DNA of 32,000 nucleotides from Sulfuriferula thiophila (GCF_003864975.1 NZ_BHGL01000028.1:6211-38210); one strand, 5' to 3'; shown: positions 8,714 to 21,485, counted from the first letter of the stretch. The notes: a model not told the origin generated them from the letters alone. Numbers and translations are program-made.

Positions 8714-9706
8714 CTAGTAACTTCTTGATACCGCAAATTCCGCCAGGGCAATCAGACTTAGTTTGTATTGAGATTCAGGTAGAACAGCAATCGCAGCAAT
8801 TGCCAAATCAACTTCACGCTGCGCCTGCGAACGTGTGTAATCAAGCGCACCACTAACCTGAATGGCCGCCAGGATAGGCTCGAACACTTCCAGACCGCCA
8901 TTTTCAATCGCGTGACGCACCATCTTTGCCTGCTCCGCCGTACCATGCTTGAGCAAATACAACAAAGGCAGGGTGGGCTTGCCTTCAGCCAGATCATCGC
9001 CGACATTCTTGCCAATCTCGGTATGATCACCCGAATAATCGAGCACGTCATCGATCAATTGAAAGGCTGTGCCCAAGTGCATGCCGTAATGCGCCATAGC
9101 CTCCTCGGTAGCCGCATCCGCCCCACCCAGTATCGCACCTAAACGTACTGCAGCCTCAAACAGCTTGGCAGTCTTATAACGTATTACCTGCAAATAATCG
9201 TCTTCGCTGATATCGGCATCATTACAGTTCATCAACTGCAACACCTCACCCTCAGCAATAATATTGGTCGCATCGGACAACACGTCCATGACGCGCATTT
9301 GTCCCACCCCGACCATCATCTGGAATGCACGGGAATACAAAAAATCCCCCACCAGAACACTAGCGGCATTGCCAAACAACGCATTGGCGGTTTCACGCCC
9401 ACGCCGCAGACTGGATTCATCAACCACATCGTCATGCAATAAAGTAGCGGTATGAATAAACTCCACAACGGCAGCCAGTTCATAGTGATGTATGCCCTGG
9501 TAATCCAGTGCACCCGCAGATAACAACACCAGAGCCGGACGTAAGCGCTTGCCACCACTGGCGATGATATACTCCGAAACTTGGCTCACCAAAGCCACTT
9601 CCGAATGAAGCCGCGCACGGATTACTTCATCAACCCGCTGCATATCTGCCGCCAAAAACGCTTGAATTGCCTGCATTATCACTAACCGCTTGTCAAAATT
9701 GCTCAA
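8714..9706 (-). CDS. ispB: Octaprenyl-diphosphate synthase
   Basis: 330 aa. It is colinear with E. coli IspB, with both polyprenyl synthase Asp-rich motifs (LLHDDVVDES and FQLIDDVLDY). An alternative start is Met11 (MQAIQAF...). Confidence 0.93.
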   Translation of the reverse strand: MSNFDKRLVIMQAIQAFLAADMQRVDEVIRARLHSEVALVSQVSEYIIASGGKRLRPALVLLSAGALDYQGIHHYELAAVVEFIHTATLLHDDVVDESSLRRGRETANALFGNAASVLVGDFLYSRAFQMMVGVGQMRVMDVLSDATNIIAEGEVLQLMNCNDADISEDDYLQVIRYKTAKLFEAAVRLGAILGGADAATEEAMAHYGMHLGTAFQLIDDVLDYSGDHTEIGKNVGDDLAEGKPTLPLLYLLKHGTAEQAKMVRHAIENGGLEVFEPILAAIQVSGALDYTRSQAQREVDLAIAAIAVLPESQYKLSLIALAEFAVSRSY

Positions 9707-9744
9707 TAGTAGGTAGGCAGGATACTTTAGTCAAGGGCATACAA

Positions 9745-9797
9745 GAAAGCACTGATTTAATCAAACATGGATTGCATTTGATTAAATCAGTGCTTTC
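9745..9797. repeat. Perfect 21-bp inverted repeat with an 11-nt spacer in the ispB/rplU divergent intergenic region
   Basis: GAAAGCACTGATTTAATCAAA (9745..9765), then catggattgca, then TTTGATTAAATCAGTGCTTTC (9777..9797). I checked it base by base and found no mismatches. No flanking T run, so it does not look like a terminator. Confidence 0.9.
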
Positions 9798-9808
9798 CTA
9801 AACTAAGG

Positions 9809-9838
9809 TTTGACGTTTGCTATTGATTTCTTTATAAT
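9809..9838 (+). promoter_or_regulatory. Sigma-70-type promoter for rplU-rpmA(-obg)
   Basis: TTGACG (9809..9814), an 18-nt spacer, then TATAAT (9833..9838). This sits ~39 nt upstream of the rplU ATG. GGAG is at 9866..9869. Confidence 0.55.
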
Positions 9839-9876
9839 TCCGCGCTTCCCTCTAGTTTAGAAGTTTGGAGCTCACC

Positions 9877-10188
9877 ATGTATGCGGTCATAAAAACCGGC
9901 GGCAAGCAGTATCGCGTTATCGCTGGCGAAAAAATTAAAGTAGAACAGATCACCGCGGACGTTGGCAGCGAAATTGTGTTGGACCAAGTGTTTATGGTTG
10001 CCGATGGCGACGATATCAAGGTCGGCGCACCGCTTGTTAACGGCGCAAAGGTCACAGCCACCGTCCTGTCTCACGGTCGTCACGACAAAGTTAAGATCTT
10101 TAAAATGCGTCGTCGCAAGCACTACCAAAAGCATCAAGGGCATCGTCAAAATTACACTGAAATCCAGATCAGCGGCATTTCAGCTTAA
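9877..10188 (+). CDS. rplU: 50S ribosomal protein L21
   Basis: The track ORF starts at 9865 (MELTMYAV...). The canonical L21 N-terminus [14 protein letters not shown] begins at 9877, with GGAG 7 nt upstream. Confidence 0.95.
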   Translation: MYAVIKTGGKQYRVIAGEKIKVEQITADVGSEIVLDQVFMVADGDDIKVGAPLVNGAKVTATVLSHGRHDKVKIFKMRRRKHYQKHQGHRQNYTEIQISGISA

Positions 10189-10199
10189 GGAGATAAACC

Positions 10200-11641
<1,442 letters not shown>

Positions 11642-11646
11642 TCCCC

Positions 11647-12771
11647 ATGAAACCGGCCCTGCTCTCAGCGCAACGCATCGTCATCAAAGTAGGCAGCGCG
11701 ATTGTCACCAATGACGGTCGTGGCCTTGATCATACTGCACTGGCAAACTGGTCATCCCAGATAGCCCAGCTGATGGCACTGGGCAAGGAAGTCATTCTGG
11801 TCTCCAGCGGTGCTGTAGCCGAAGGCATGCAACGACTGGGCTGGACGCAACGCCCAAGCAGTATCCATGAGCTGCAAGCCGCCGCCGCAGTTGGCCAGAT
11901 GGGTCTGGTACAGGCCTATGAAACCAGCTTCCGCCAGCATCAAATCCATACCGCACAAGTCCTGCTCACCCACGAAGATCTGGCTGACCGCACCCGTTAC
12001 CTGAATGCGTTATCAACACTGCGCACATTATTGAAGCTGAAAGTCGTACCCATCATCAACGAGAACGACACCGTGGTGACTGACGAGATCCGTTTTGGTG
12101 ATAACGACACGCTGGGTGCGCTGGTCGCCAACCTGATTGAAGCAGATGCGCTGGTCATACTCACTGATCAGGCCGGTTTATATACTGCTGACCCACGCCA
12201 GCATCCAGAAGCAACACTGGTAAGCCAGGCGCAAGCGGGCGATCTCACACTGGAAAAAATGGCAGGTGGAGCGGGTAGCGGCATCAGTCGTGGCGGCATG
12301 CTCACCAAGATACTCGCTGCCAAGCGCGCTGCACGCAGCGGTGCACACACCATTATCGCCTCAGGACGCGAAGCCAATGTGCTGGTGCGACTGGCCCAAG
12401 GCGAAGCCATAGGCACGCAGCTCATCGCCGCCAACACACCATTATCCGCACGCAAAACCTGGCTGGCAGACCATCTGCAAGTGCGCGGCAAGCTGATCGT
12501 TGATGCGGGTGCCGCTAAAGCGCTCAGCATTGACGGCAAAAGCCTGTTACCAATAGGGGTGATTGCAGTTGAGGGGGATTTTGCCCGGGGTGAGGTTGTC
12601 GCCTGCGTCACCGCTGATGGCGCACTCATTGCCCGCGGCCTGGTGAATTATGCCGCCAATGAAGCACGGCGTATCACAGGTTTGCCTACTGGTCAGATTG
12701 AAGCTGCATTGGGTTATATTGATGAAGCGGAATTAATCCATCGGGATAATCTGGTGGCTTTATCTTCCTGA
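11647..12771 (+). CDS. proB: Glutamate 5-kinase
   Basis: 374 aa. It has an amino-acid-kinase domain ([11 protein letters not shown]..., [24 protein letters not shown]) and a C-terminal PUA domain. The obg-proB adjacency is typical. Confidence 0.95.
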   Translation: MKPALLSAQRIVIKVGSAIVTNDGRGLDHTALANWSSQIAQLMALGKEVILVSSGAVAEGMQRLGWTQRPSSIHELQAAAAVGQMGLVQAYETSFRQHQIHTAQVLLTHEDLADRTRYLNALSTLRTLLKLKVVPIINENDTVVTDEIRFGDNDTLGALVANLIEADALVILTDQAGLYTADPRQHPEATLVSQAQAGDLTLEKMAGGAGSGISRGGMLTKILAAKRAARSGAHTIIASGREANVLVRLAQGEAIGTQLIAANTPLSARKTWLADHLQVRGKLIVDAGAAKALSIDGKSLLPIGVIAVEGDFARGEVVACVTADGALIARGLVNYAANEARRITGLPTGQIEAALGYIDEAELIHRDNLVALSS

Positions 12772-12788
12772 TTCAGCCGGTATAACGC

Positions 12789-13439
12789 TCAGTTCCCTGC
12801 AATTTTCACACTGCCCGTTTGTTGTACTGTCTGCACACCCGGAGTATATGACCAGTGGCGTTTCCACGCCCCCACTACCATGGTAGGGTATTCCGGCTTG
12901 CCCAGGCTGCCGTTATAACGGCCTAATGCACGATACAGATCGCCCTTTTCTATATCCAGATACAAGCGCAGAATATTGCAGCCATAACGCAGATTAGTAC
13001 GCAGGTGGAATAAATCCTGATCCGGTGTACCAATAGTCTTGGTCCAGAACGGCATTACCTGCATATAGCCGCGCGCAGCCACACTGGAAACCGCATACTT
13101 CTTGAAACCCGACTCGACCTCAATCAGACCCAACACCAATTCCGGATCAAGACCAGCACGTGTCGCCTCATAATGCACTGTATTGAGAAAATCAATACGC
13201 TGCTCCGGGTCGGGCATGCGTTTGGCAAGACGTCTGGACATCTCTGACAACCATGCCTGACCTTCTGCATTGTTCATGTAGCTGACATTCGTCACCGGCG
13301 CATCTGAAACCGCTTTGCTCAACGCCGCGCGCACACTCGCCGCCATCGGCTCATAGAGCTGATGGCCTGCATGCGCGCTGGTGGCCACAGCGCATAACGC
13401 CATTAGCAGCCACCCTGATCTGAGAAAGTGTAGAGTCAT
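12789..13439 (-). CDS. Secreted lytic transglycosylase (SLT domain)
   Basis: 216 aa with an N-terminal signal peptide (...[11 protein letters not shown]). The SLT catalytic region is [26 protein letters not shown]. Its start overlaps the proS stop as ATGA. Confidence 0.85.
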   Translation of the reverse strand: MTLHFLRSGWLLMALCAVATSAHAGHQLYEPMAASVRAALSKAVSDAPVTNVSYMNNAEGQAWLSEMSRRLAKRMPDPEQRIDFLNTVHYEATRAGLDPELVLGLIEVESGFKKYAVSSVAARGYMQVMPFWTKTIGTPDQDLFHLRTNLRYGCNILRLYLDIEKGDLYRALGRYNGSLGKPEYPTMVVGAWKRHWSYTPGVQTVQQTGSVKIAGN

Positions 13440-15136
13440 TTACCTAATATCTTGCTTAAAAAAACGTTAATTTCAGCAACAGGCACATTCGTCGCTGCAG
13501 CGTCAGTGCGACCCTGATATTCGACTATAGCATCTTTTAAACCGCGTTCGCCAATCACCACCCGATGCGGTATACCGATCAACTCCATATCGGCGAACAT
13601 CACCCCAGGGCGTTCATTCCGGTCATCCAGCAACACATCCACCCCTGCGGCTAACAGTTCATTGTATAGGTTATCGGCAGCTTCGCGCACAACTTCACTC
13701 TTCTGGTAGCCAACAGGCACAATAGCCACCGCAAAAGGCGCCAGCGCCGCAGGCAAGGTCATGCCGCGCGCATCAAAATTCTGTTCAATCGCAGCCGCGA
13801 CAATGCGTGACACACCGATACCATAACAACCCATCTCTGCGACCTGAGATTTGCCATTTTCGTCCAGATACTGACACGCCATCGCTTCCGAGTACTTGGT
13901 ACGCAACTGGAAGATATGGCCAACTTCGATACCACGGCAGATCGCCAGCACACCCTTGCCATCCGGGCTCGGATCACCCGCTACCGCATTACGGATATCC
14001 GCCACTTCAGGCTCTGGCAAATCACGACCGAAATTCACTCCGGTCAAATGATAACCATCGGCATTCGCACCGCAGACAAAATCATTCATCAAGGCCACAC
14101 TGCGGTCTGCAATCACCCGTATTTTCAGCCCCACCGGACCAATCGACCCTGGCGCGCAACCCGCCACCTCACGCACGATGATGTCACTGGCAAAACGCAC
14201 TTCCTGACCTATCAATTTAGCCGCTTTGACCTCATTCAGCTGATGATCACCGCGCACCAGCAATGCAACCGCACCATGCTCACCTTCCACAATCAAGGTT
14301 TTGACCATGCGATCGGGAGAAATATTCAACATAGCCACCACTTCATCGATACTGTGTTTGCCCGGTGTAGGCACCTGAGTCATCACCGCACTCGCCGCCG
14401 CTCGTGGCGTATCCGCCATCACCGCTTCAGCCAGCTCCACGTTGGCGGCATATTCGGAATCAGGGCAATACGCAATCGCGTCTTCACCGGAATCCGCCAG
14501 CACATGGAACTCATGCGATCCTGAACCGCCAATCGCACCGGTGTCTGCTGCCACGGCACGGAACTGCAAGCCCAGTCGAGTAAACACACGACTGTAAGCC
14601 GCATACATGGTCTGATACGTCTGCTCCAGACTGGCGAAATCAGCGTGGAAGGAATATGCATCCTTCATCATGAATTCACGGGCACGCATTACGCCGAAAC
14701 GCGGACGGATCTCGTCGCGGAATTTGGTCTGTATCTGATAGAAATTCAGCGGCAGCTGGCGGTAACTCTTGATTTCGCGGCGTGCGATATCGGTGATTAC
14801 TTCTTCATGGGTAGGCCCAAAGCAGAAACTACGCTCATGACGATCAGTGATTTTCAACATTTGCGGGCCGAATACATCCCAGCGCCCGGTTTCCTGCCAC
14901 AACTCGGCTGGCTGCACGGCAGGCATCAGCAATTCCATTGCTCCGGCACGATTCATCTCATCACGCACGATCGCTTCCACCTTGCGCAATACCCGCAAGC
15001 CTAAAGGCATCCAGGTATATAAGCCAGAGCCAAGACGCTTAATAAAACCAGCCCGCAACATGAGACGATGACTGATTAATTCGGCCTCTGCAGGCGCCTC
15101 TTTAAGGGTAGAAAGAAAAAATTGTGATACGCGCAT
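13436..15136 (-). CDS. proS: Proline--tRNA ligase
   Basis: 566 aa. It starts [32 protein letters not shown]..., carries class II motifs ([25 protein letters not shown]) and an INS editing domain, and has bacterial-type ProRS architecture. Confidence 0.96.
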   Translation of the reverse strand: MRVSQFFLSTLKEAPAEAELISHRLMLRAGFIKRLGSGLYTWMPLGLRVLRKVEAIVRDEMNRAGAMELLMPAVQPAELWQETGRWDVFGPQMLKITDRHERSFCFGPTHEEVITDIARREIKSYRQLPLNFYQIQTKFRDEIRPRFGVMRAREFMMKDAYSFHADFASLEQTYQTMYAAYSRVFTRLGLQFRAVAADTGAIGGSGSHEFHVLADSGEDAIAYCPDSEYAANVELAEAVMADTPRAAASAVMTQVPTPGKHSIDEVVAMLNISPDRMVKTLIVEGEHGAVALLVRGDHQLNEVKAAKLIGQEVRFASDIIVREVAGCAPGSIGPVGLKIRVIADRSVALMNDFVCGANADGYHLTGVNFGRDLPEPEVADIRNAVAGDPSPDGKGVLAICRGIEVGHIFQLRTKYSEAMACQYLDENGKSQVAEMGCYGIGVSRIVAAAIEQNFDARGMTLPAALAPFAVAIVPVGYQKSEVVREAADNLYNELLAAGVDVLLDDRNERPGVMFADMELIGIPHRVVIGERGLKDAIVEYQGRTDAAATNVPVAEINVFLSKILGK

Positions 15137-15225
15137 GGTATAAACTATCCAGTTATTCGTAAAATAGCTAATTTTAACCCAGAAACCGCGATTAAACTTG
15201 GCGGATTCAACATGAAAGCACCCTG

Positions 15226-16002
15226 ATGCGATTTTTCAACCGCCGCATACATAAAGCCGTTTCTGATCTGGACACCGTAGAAGTCAGTGAACAAAAAGGC
15301 GTCCGCTACCTGCACCTTGGCAACGATACCGTCCAGTCAGCCATGCGCATTTCCGCACCCAATGCGCTGGAGCTTACTTATACCCAGGCCATGCTGGGAT
15401 TCCTGTTGCTGACCGACACACCCGCCAATGCCCTGCTGATCGGGCTGGGTGGCGGCTCGCTGACCAAATTTCTGTATCACCAGTATCCAGACATGCAACT
15501 CACCGCTGTCGAGATCAATCCTAAGGTTATCCAGACCGCACGCCAGTTTTTTTCCGTCCCGGAAAATGACGAACGCTTATCCGTAGTGCAAGCCGATGCC
15601 GCCGAATTCATGGTCGATCAGGCAGGCTGGGATTGCATTTTGCTCGATGGTTTTGATGCCGCATTTCAGGTTGAGGCGCTCGCCAGCGAGAGTTTCTATA
15701 GCCGCTGCGCGCAGGCACTTTCCCCCACTGGGATCCTGTCTGTCAATTTATGGGGCAGCGATCCTAAATTCGATATCTACCTGCAACGCCTCACCGAAAC
15801 GTTTGAGCAGCGCATCATGTGCTTACCGGCCGAAAAACGCGGCAACGTCATTGTCTTCGCTTTTGCCGCGCAACCAAGCATTCCATCCAGGGCCATCCTG
15901 CAACAGCGTGCCAAACAGCTCAAAGCCCAGTTAGGTTTGCCTTTTGTGGACTTTCTTGAACGCCTGCGGACCACTTCCGGCAATACTGACTTCTTCGACT
16001 AG
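15226..16002 (+). CDS. Spermidine-synthase-like class I SAM-dependent methyltransferase-fold protein
   Basis: 258 aa. The Rossmann motif-I region is [14 protein letters not shown]...[11 protein letters not shown], followed by ILLDGFD. The fold is assigned by motif only and the exact function is not established. Confidence 0.6.
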   Translation: MRFFNRRIHKAVSDLDTVEVSEQKGVRYLHLGNDTVQSAMRISAPNALELTYTQAMLGFLLLTDTPANALLIGLGGGSLTKFLYHQYPDMQLTAVEINPKVIQTARQFFSVPENDERLSVVQADAAEFMVDQAGWDCILLDGFDAAFQVEALASESFYSRCAQALSPTGILSVNLWGSDPKFDIYLQRLTETFEQRIMCLPAEKRGNVIVFAFAAQPSIPSRAILQQRAKQLKAQLGLPFVDFLERLRTTSGNTDFFD

Positions 16003-16080
16003 ACACTTATGCAGCAAAACTCCAACAATACTGCGCCAAATTCTGCTATATTCGCGCGATAATAAATTACAGGAGGTAAC

Positions 16081-16476
16081 ATGGAAGATTTATTCTCTGA
16101 AGCTTGGGCTAAGCGTTTCACAAACAAATGGAACAACAATACCGAGATAGTGGAACAATTAGCCGCAGCGAATTTCGACTCAGTCGTGGCCTTTGGGTAC
16201 CTGGATCACCCAACACCCGAAGTACTGATAGAAATCACTCAGGGCCGTATTACCAATACCCGACGTTGTGAATCTGACAACAGTCAGACACCCGATTGGG
16301 ACTTGCGTGCGAAACCAGAGCAATGGGAAAAGTGGCGTGGCAATGGTCCTGGCATTACCGGCCTGGGTGTAGCCGTAACCAGTCGCCAACTGCAATTTGT
16401 TGCCGGAGATTATCGCCGGATGATACGCCAGCCCTTGCTGGCAGGGCCTTTTCTCAAGTTTTTTACTTTCCTGTAA
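16081..16476 (+). CDS. Small SCP2-fold-like protein (hypothetical)
   Basis: 131 aa with a strong RBS (GGAGGtaacATG). Its pattern (VVAFGY..LIEITQGRI..DWDLRAKPEQWEKW..GLGVAVTSRQLQFVAGDYRRM) resembles sterol-carrier-protein-2 domains. The functional call is weak, and its G+C looks lower than core. Confidence 0.5.
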   Translation: MEDLFSEAWAKRFTNKWNNNTEIVEQLAAANFDSVVAFGYLDHPTPEVLIEITQGRITNTRRCESDNSQTPDWDLRAKPEQWEKWRGNGPGITGLGVAVTSRQLQFVAGDYRRMIRQPLLAGPFLKFFTFL

Positions 16477-16983
16477 TTCTGCACATTAAATACAGGAATT
16501 TGGTTAAACAAAGCTACTCATGTTCAATATTTGAAGAATGTGCATTCCGACTTGTGACCATTTTCAAAATTATTTTCTTTGAAATTTGATAAATAGCGTT
16601 TTCTTGGAACTATAGTGCCTCTCCATAGCTGTTTATCTTGGAAAAATGAAAATGGCAACAACTCAGACACAAAAAATCAACCATTGACGATCTTTACTGT
16701 GACATTTTGCACCTAAACAAAATACATTGTCCTCCGACTCGCCGCCCCGTTCTGCAAATTTGCATTACGTCAGACTGAATTCGACCCCATTTCCCCATCG
16801 ACATCATATTTGTGGACAGTTTTCGCAAAGCATTCAGATTGCCGAGCAATGCTAACGCTTAATTCACCTTTCACCACTTAAAAACACAAGACAGTTAACT
16901 AGAAATTTGCTGTGATGGTCATTCCTATACGAATTATCAATTACGCACCTCAATATACACGGCATTCATCAAATATCTGTTGT

Positions 16984-17020
16984 TGTCATTTCCGTGTAAT
17001 AAACCTCAGTTACTATAACC
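16984..17020 (+). promoter_or_regulatory. Candidate Pho box plus -10 element for the ptx operon
   Basis: TTGTCATttccGTGTAAT (16984..17001) matches 13 of 18 positions of the E. coli consensus CTGTCATAWAWCTGTMAY, with both 7-bp half sites 11 bp apart. TACTAT (17012..17017) lies 10 nt downstream, the usual Pho-promoter geometry. The ptxA ATG is ~60 nt further on. Confidence 0.4.
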
Positions 17021-17079
17021 CATCAATTTAATTTTGTAATCGAAGAGCAACCTTGATCACAAACAGTAAGGATGAGGCC

Positions 17080-17868
17080 ATGATTAAACTTAATAATGTT
17101 TCAGTGCAGTTCGGCAATGTTGTTGCGCTACAACCTACGTCCATCGAATTGCATCAAGGACAATTTACCGTCTTACTGGGGGCATCCGGTGCAGGTAAAT
17201 CAACTTTGCTACGCTGCCTTAATTTGATGTGTAAACCCCATGCTGGCAACGTTAATGTCGCAGGTCTTGGCAATCTTGATGACCGAAAGACCTTGCAGAC
17301 CCACCGTCGTCAAACTGGCATGATATTCCAGCAACACCAATTGATCGGTCGTCACACAGCGCTCCAAAACGTGCTGATGGGACGCTTAGGTTATCACTCA
17401 ACGTTCCGTAGCCTGTTTCCGTTGTCTCATAAAGAGCAAACCATTGGGCTACAAAGTTTGGAACGGGTTGGTTTGCTGCATAAAGCGCAATCACGCATTG
17501 ATCAACTGAGCGGTGGTCAACAGCAGCGTGTCGGCATTGCACGAGCCCTGGCGCAACAGCCACTTTTGATCTTAGCCGATGAACCTGTTGCAAGTCTCGA
17601 TCCTGCAACCGCTGATAAAGTTTTGGCGTTGTTACATCAGATTTGTAAGGAAGACGGCATATCTGCCGTCATCAGTCTGCATCAGGTTGATCTTGCTAAA
17701 CGCTATGCAGATCGAATTATTGGCTTAGCTCACGGCAGTATCGTGTTTGATGCGGCACCGCATGAATTGACCACGACTCATGCGGCTGAACTGTACGAAC
17801 AAAAAAAATCAATTGTTACGTCACATGCTGTACCAACCAGACTCAACGTTCAACTTACTTCCGCTTAA
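17080..17868 (+). CDS. ptxA: Phosphite/phosphonate ABC transporter ATP-binding protein (PhnC family)
   Basis: [17 protein letters not shown]..., Walker [10 protein letters not shown], signature [15 protein letters not shown], Walker B LILADEP. The track ORF extends to TTG 17053. I prefer ATG 17080, which has AAGGA/GAGG just upstream and gives a PhnC-like N-terminus. Confidence 0.88.
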   Translation: MIKLNNVSVQFGNVVALQPTSIELHQGQFTVLLGASGAGKSTLLRCLNLMCKPHAGNVNVAGLGNLDDRKTLQTHRRQTGMIFQQHQLIGRHTALQNVLMGRLGYHSTFRSLFPLSHKEQTIGLQSLERVGLLHKAQSRIDQLSGGQQQRVGIARALAQQPLLILADEPVASLDPATADKVLALLHQICKEDGISAVISLHQVDLAKRYADRIIGLAHGSIVFDAAPHELTTTHAAELYEQKKSIVTSHAVPTRLNVQLTSA

Positions 17869-17875
17869 TCTTTAA

Positions 17876-18754
<879 letters not shown>

Positions 18755-18772
18755 CTATTGGGGTACATATCC

Positions 18773-19570
18773 ATGCAAGCTGATTTTGATTTGATATTAA
18801 CACAGCAACAACGCACTTGGAACCGATCAACAATACAGATTGCGTGGGTATTAGCGATTATCATTGGCTCTTGGTACTACGTGGGCTTATTTGATACAGA
18901 GCGTTTGAGCGAGGGTGTACCGAGTTTGTTCAGTCTGATTGGAGAAATGATGCCACCAGATTTTACTCAGGTCAGCACCTGGGTAAAACCACTGATCGAC
19001 ACTTTGGCCATGAGTATTGCAGGGACAGCTATTGCGGTGTTGTTTTCGATTCCTTTAGGTATTTTAGCAGCCCGTAATACTAGCCCACATCCAGTTATTT
19101 ATCATATGGCGCGTTCGTTGTTGAATGGCTTACGCTCGATTCCCGAACTTATCATGGGGATTATATTTGTGGCAGCAGTTGGTTTTGGAGCTCTGCCTGG
19201 TGTATTGGCATTGGGTTTACATTCCATCGGCATGGTTGCCAAATTTTTTTCCGAAGCGATTGAACACGCCGATCAAGCGCCAGTAGAAGCTGCGCGAGCA
19301 GCTGGTTGCAGCCCGTTGCAAGTAATTTTTCACGGCATTTTCCCGCAGGTGTTGCCGCAAATGGCAGATACGGCTATTTATCGTTGGGAATATAACTTTC
19401 GCGCATCAACAGTGATGGGTATGGTCGGTGCAGGCGGTATCGGATTTGAATTGATGGGTTCTTTGCGCATCATGCAATATCAAGAAGTATCGGCGATTTT
19501 AATCGTTATATTAGCCATGGTTACGCTGGTTGATGCATTCAGCTCCTTTTTAAGACGAAAATTCAAGTAA
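18773..19570 (+). CDS. ptxC: Phosphite/phosphonate ABC transporter permease (PhnE family)
   Basis: A polytopic membrane protein with a PhnE-type EAA-like loop ([37 protein letters not shown]). ATG 18773 is chosen. The track ORF starts at TTG 18758 and either is possible. Confidence 0.85.
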   Translation: MQADFDLILTQQQRTWNRSTIQIAWVLAIIIGSWYYVGLFDTERLSEGVPSLFSLIGEMMPPDFTQVSTWVKPLIDTLAMSIAGTAIAVLFSIPLGILAARNTSPHPVIYHMARSLLNGLRSIPELIMGIIFVAAVGFGALPGVLALGLHSIGMVAKFFSEAIEHADQAPVEAARAAGCSPLQVIFHGIFPQVLPQMADTAIYRWEYNFRASTVMGMVGAGGIGFELMGSLRIMQYQEVSAILIVILAMVTLVDAFSSFLRRKFK

Positions 19571-19602
19571 TCGACATAATAACCAATAGCATTGGAAAAT
19601 AT

Positions 19603-20607
19603 ATGAAACCAAAAATTGTACTTACTCATTGGGTCCACCCCGAAATCATCGACTATCTGCAAACCACCGCAACTGTTATACCAAATACTACGCGCGAGAC
19701 ACTTCCGCGCGAAGAATTACTGTTGCGCTCCAAGGATGCTGACGCGCTGATGGTGTTCATGCCTGACAGAATTGATGCCGATTTTCTTGATGCTTGCCCA
19801 CAACTAAAAATTATTGGTGCTGCGCTCAAGGGTTATGATAATTTAGACGTCGAAGCATGTACCCAACGTGGAATATGGCTCAGCATCGTACCTGATTTAC
19901 TTACTATCCCAACTGCGGAATTGACGATTGGCTTGTTGTTGGGTTTGACAAGACATATGCTGGAGGGTGATCGTCACATCCGTAGTGGCAGTTTCCATGG
20001 TTGGCGTCCAGAATTGTACGGCATCGGGCTGACAGGTCGTACAATTGGCATTATCGGTATGGGTGCAGTGGGGCAAGCGATTGCAAAACGGCTGTCGGGT
20101 TTTGATATGAAAATAGTTTACAGTGACAACATCGCATTGCCTGTTAATCAGGAACAAGCATGGAATGCTCGTCACGTAAGTCTGGAAGAGCTGTTGGCTA
20201 TTAGCAACTTTGTAGTACCGATGGTACCAATGACACCACAAACGCTACACTTAATTAACGCCGATGCCATCGATAAAATGCAGCCTGGCAGCTATCTCAT
20301 TAATGCCTGCCGTGGTTCGGTGGTTGATGAGCAAGCTGTCATAAATGCATTGCACACAGGGCAACTAAACGGTTATGCAGCCGATGTATTCGAGATGGAG
20401 GAATGGTCTCGATCTGGCAGACCAGGCAGTATTCCGAGTGCCTTACTTGACAATACCAAGCAGACTTTTTTCACGCCTCACATAGGCTCGGCGGTCAACG
20501 AGGTACGAATAGAGATCGAGCGGCAAGCGGCGGAAAATATCATCCAGGCACTGGCAGGAGAAAAACCCGTTGGTGCAATCAACAGCCCTGCATTTTCGAG
20601 GGTATAA
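19603..20607 (+). CDS. ptxD: NAD-dependent phosphite dehydrogenase
   Basis: 334 aa with a D-2-hydroxyacid dehydrogenase fold. It runs [12 protein letters not shown]...[18 protein letters not shown]...[10 protein letters not shown]...[16 protein letters not shown]..., then NAD motif GIIGMGAVG. Catalytic contexts follow: [22 protein letters not shown] and [30 protein letters not shown]. It is block-for-block colinear with P. stutzeri WM88 PtxD as I recall it, and it sits after a PhnCDE-type importer. Confidence 0.9.
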   Translation: MKPKIVLTHWVHPEIIDYLQTTATVIPNTTRETLPREELLLRSKDADALMVFMPDRIDADFLDACPQLKIIGAALKGYDNLDVEACTQRGIWLSIVPDLLTIPTAELTIGLLLGLTRHMLEGDRHIRSGSFHGWRPELYGIGLTGRTIGIIGMGAVGQAIAKRLSGFDMKIVYSDNIALPVNQEQAWNARHVSLEELLAISNFVVPMVPMTPQTLHLINADAIDKMQPGSYLINACRGSVVDEQAVINALHTGQLNGYAADVFEMEEWSRSGRPGSIPSALLDNTKQTFFTPHIGSAVNEVRIEIERQAAENIIQALAGEKPVGAINSPAFSRV

Positions 20608-20612
20608 GCCTC

Positions 20613-21485
20613 ATGATTAATTTGGAACGCGTTGCAACTTTTCTTGAGGTAGCGGCATGCGGCAGCTTTCGTGGTGCGGCCAAAAATACAGGCTTATCTC
20701 AACCAGCAGTAACACAGCATGTGAAATGGCTTGAACAGTCGTTAAATGTTAATTTAATAGCACGTAACAATGCGGGAAGCACATTAACACCAGAAGGCCG
20801 AGCATTCCTGCCGTATGCCGAAAATCTAGTAAAAATAAGCAATCGTGCAAGCTCTTTATTTAAAAAAAACTCAGTTGTTATTGGAGCAAGTTCAAATACC
20901 GGAATTTATCTGTTACAGCCGTATTTGAAAGCTTATAAGGATGCATCGCCACATAATCTGAAAGTGACTATTGGGATCAATACTGTCATCGCCGATAAGC
21001 TTCAAAACTTTGAAATCGATGTCGCTATCATGGAATGGTGGGATAATAGACCAGGATTTATCGCTACAGACTGGCGCCATGAAGAAATGGTTGTGATCGT
21101 GCCCCCACACCATCCCTGGGCTAATATGAGCAGCATTCCGCGTGACTGGTTAAAGGGTCAGGATTTACTGGGAGGGGAAACTGGTAGCGGAACGGGACAC
21201 TTGCTACAACACTATTTTGGCAATGATGCGAGTACGATAAGTGTATCGATGCAGCTGGGTAGTACTGAAGCAGTAAAACATGCCGTTCAAGCCGGGCTCG
21301 GCATTTCCCTAGTTATGGCAGCAGCTGTAATCAATGAGGTTCGCAGCGGGTTATTGTATGCAATACCGATTGCAGGAGATCCACTACAAAAAACTCTTCA
21401 TATCATTCGTAGAGATAGTGGCATACTTGATTCGCCAGCCTTGCAATTCACTGATTTTCTGCTCAAACAGTCCTCATTGAAATAG
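20613..21485 (+). CDS. ptxE: LysR-family transcriptional regulator (PtxE position)
   Basis: 290 aa. It has an N-terminal LysR HTH (FLEVAACGSFRGAAKNTGLSQPAVTQHVKWLEQSL) and a substrate-binding domain. It starts 5 nt after ptxD, the same position as ptxE in the described operon. Confidence 0.8.
   Translation: MINLERVATFLEVAACGSFRGAAKNTGLSQPAVTQHVKWLEQSLNVNLIARNNAGSTLTPEGRAFLPYAENLVKISNRASSLFKKNSVVIGASSNTGIYLLQPYLKAYKDASPHNLKVTIGINTVIADKLQNFEIDVAIMEWWDNRPGFIATDWRHEEMVVIVPPHHPWANMSSIPRDWLKGQDLLGGETGSGTGHLLQHYFGNDASTISVSMQLGSTEAVKHAVQAGLGISLVMAAAVINEVRSGLLYAIPIAGDPLQKTLHIIRRDSGILDSPALQFTDFLLKQSSLK

Noticed and set aside
16474-16530. Possible direct repeats marking the ptx insertion. TAATTC(T/A)G ... 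TTAAACAA ... TTCAA occurs both at 16476-16528 and at 21688-21727.
   Set aside because: Only an 8-mer and a few short words are shared, and their spacing differs (30 versus 17 nt). Both regions are AT-rich, so chance similarity is likely. This would need a proper alignment against an uninterrupted relative.
16646-16687. A mini-ORF, ATGAAAATGGCAACAACTCAGACACAAAAAATCAACCATTGA (13 codons), in the ptx upstream region, considered as a possible leader peptide.
   Set aside because: It has no convincing SD, no regulatory codon pattern and no adjacent alternative hairpins. It cannot be distinguished from chance.
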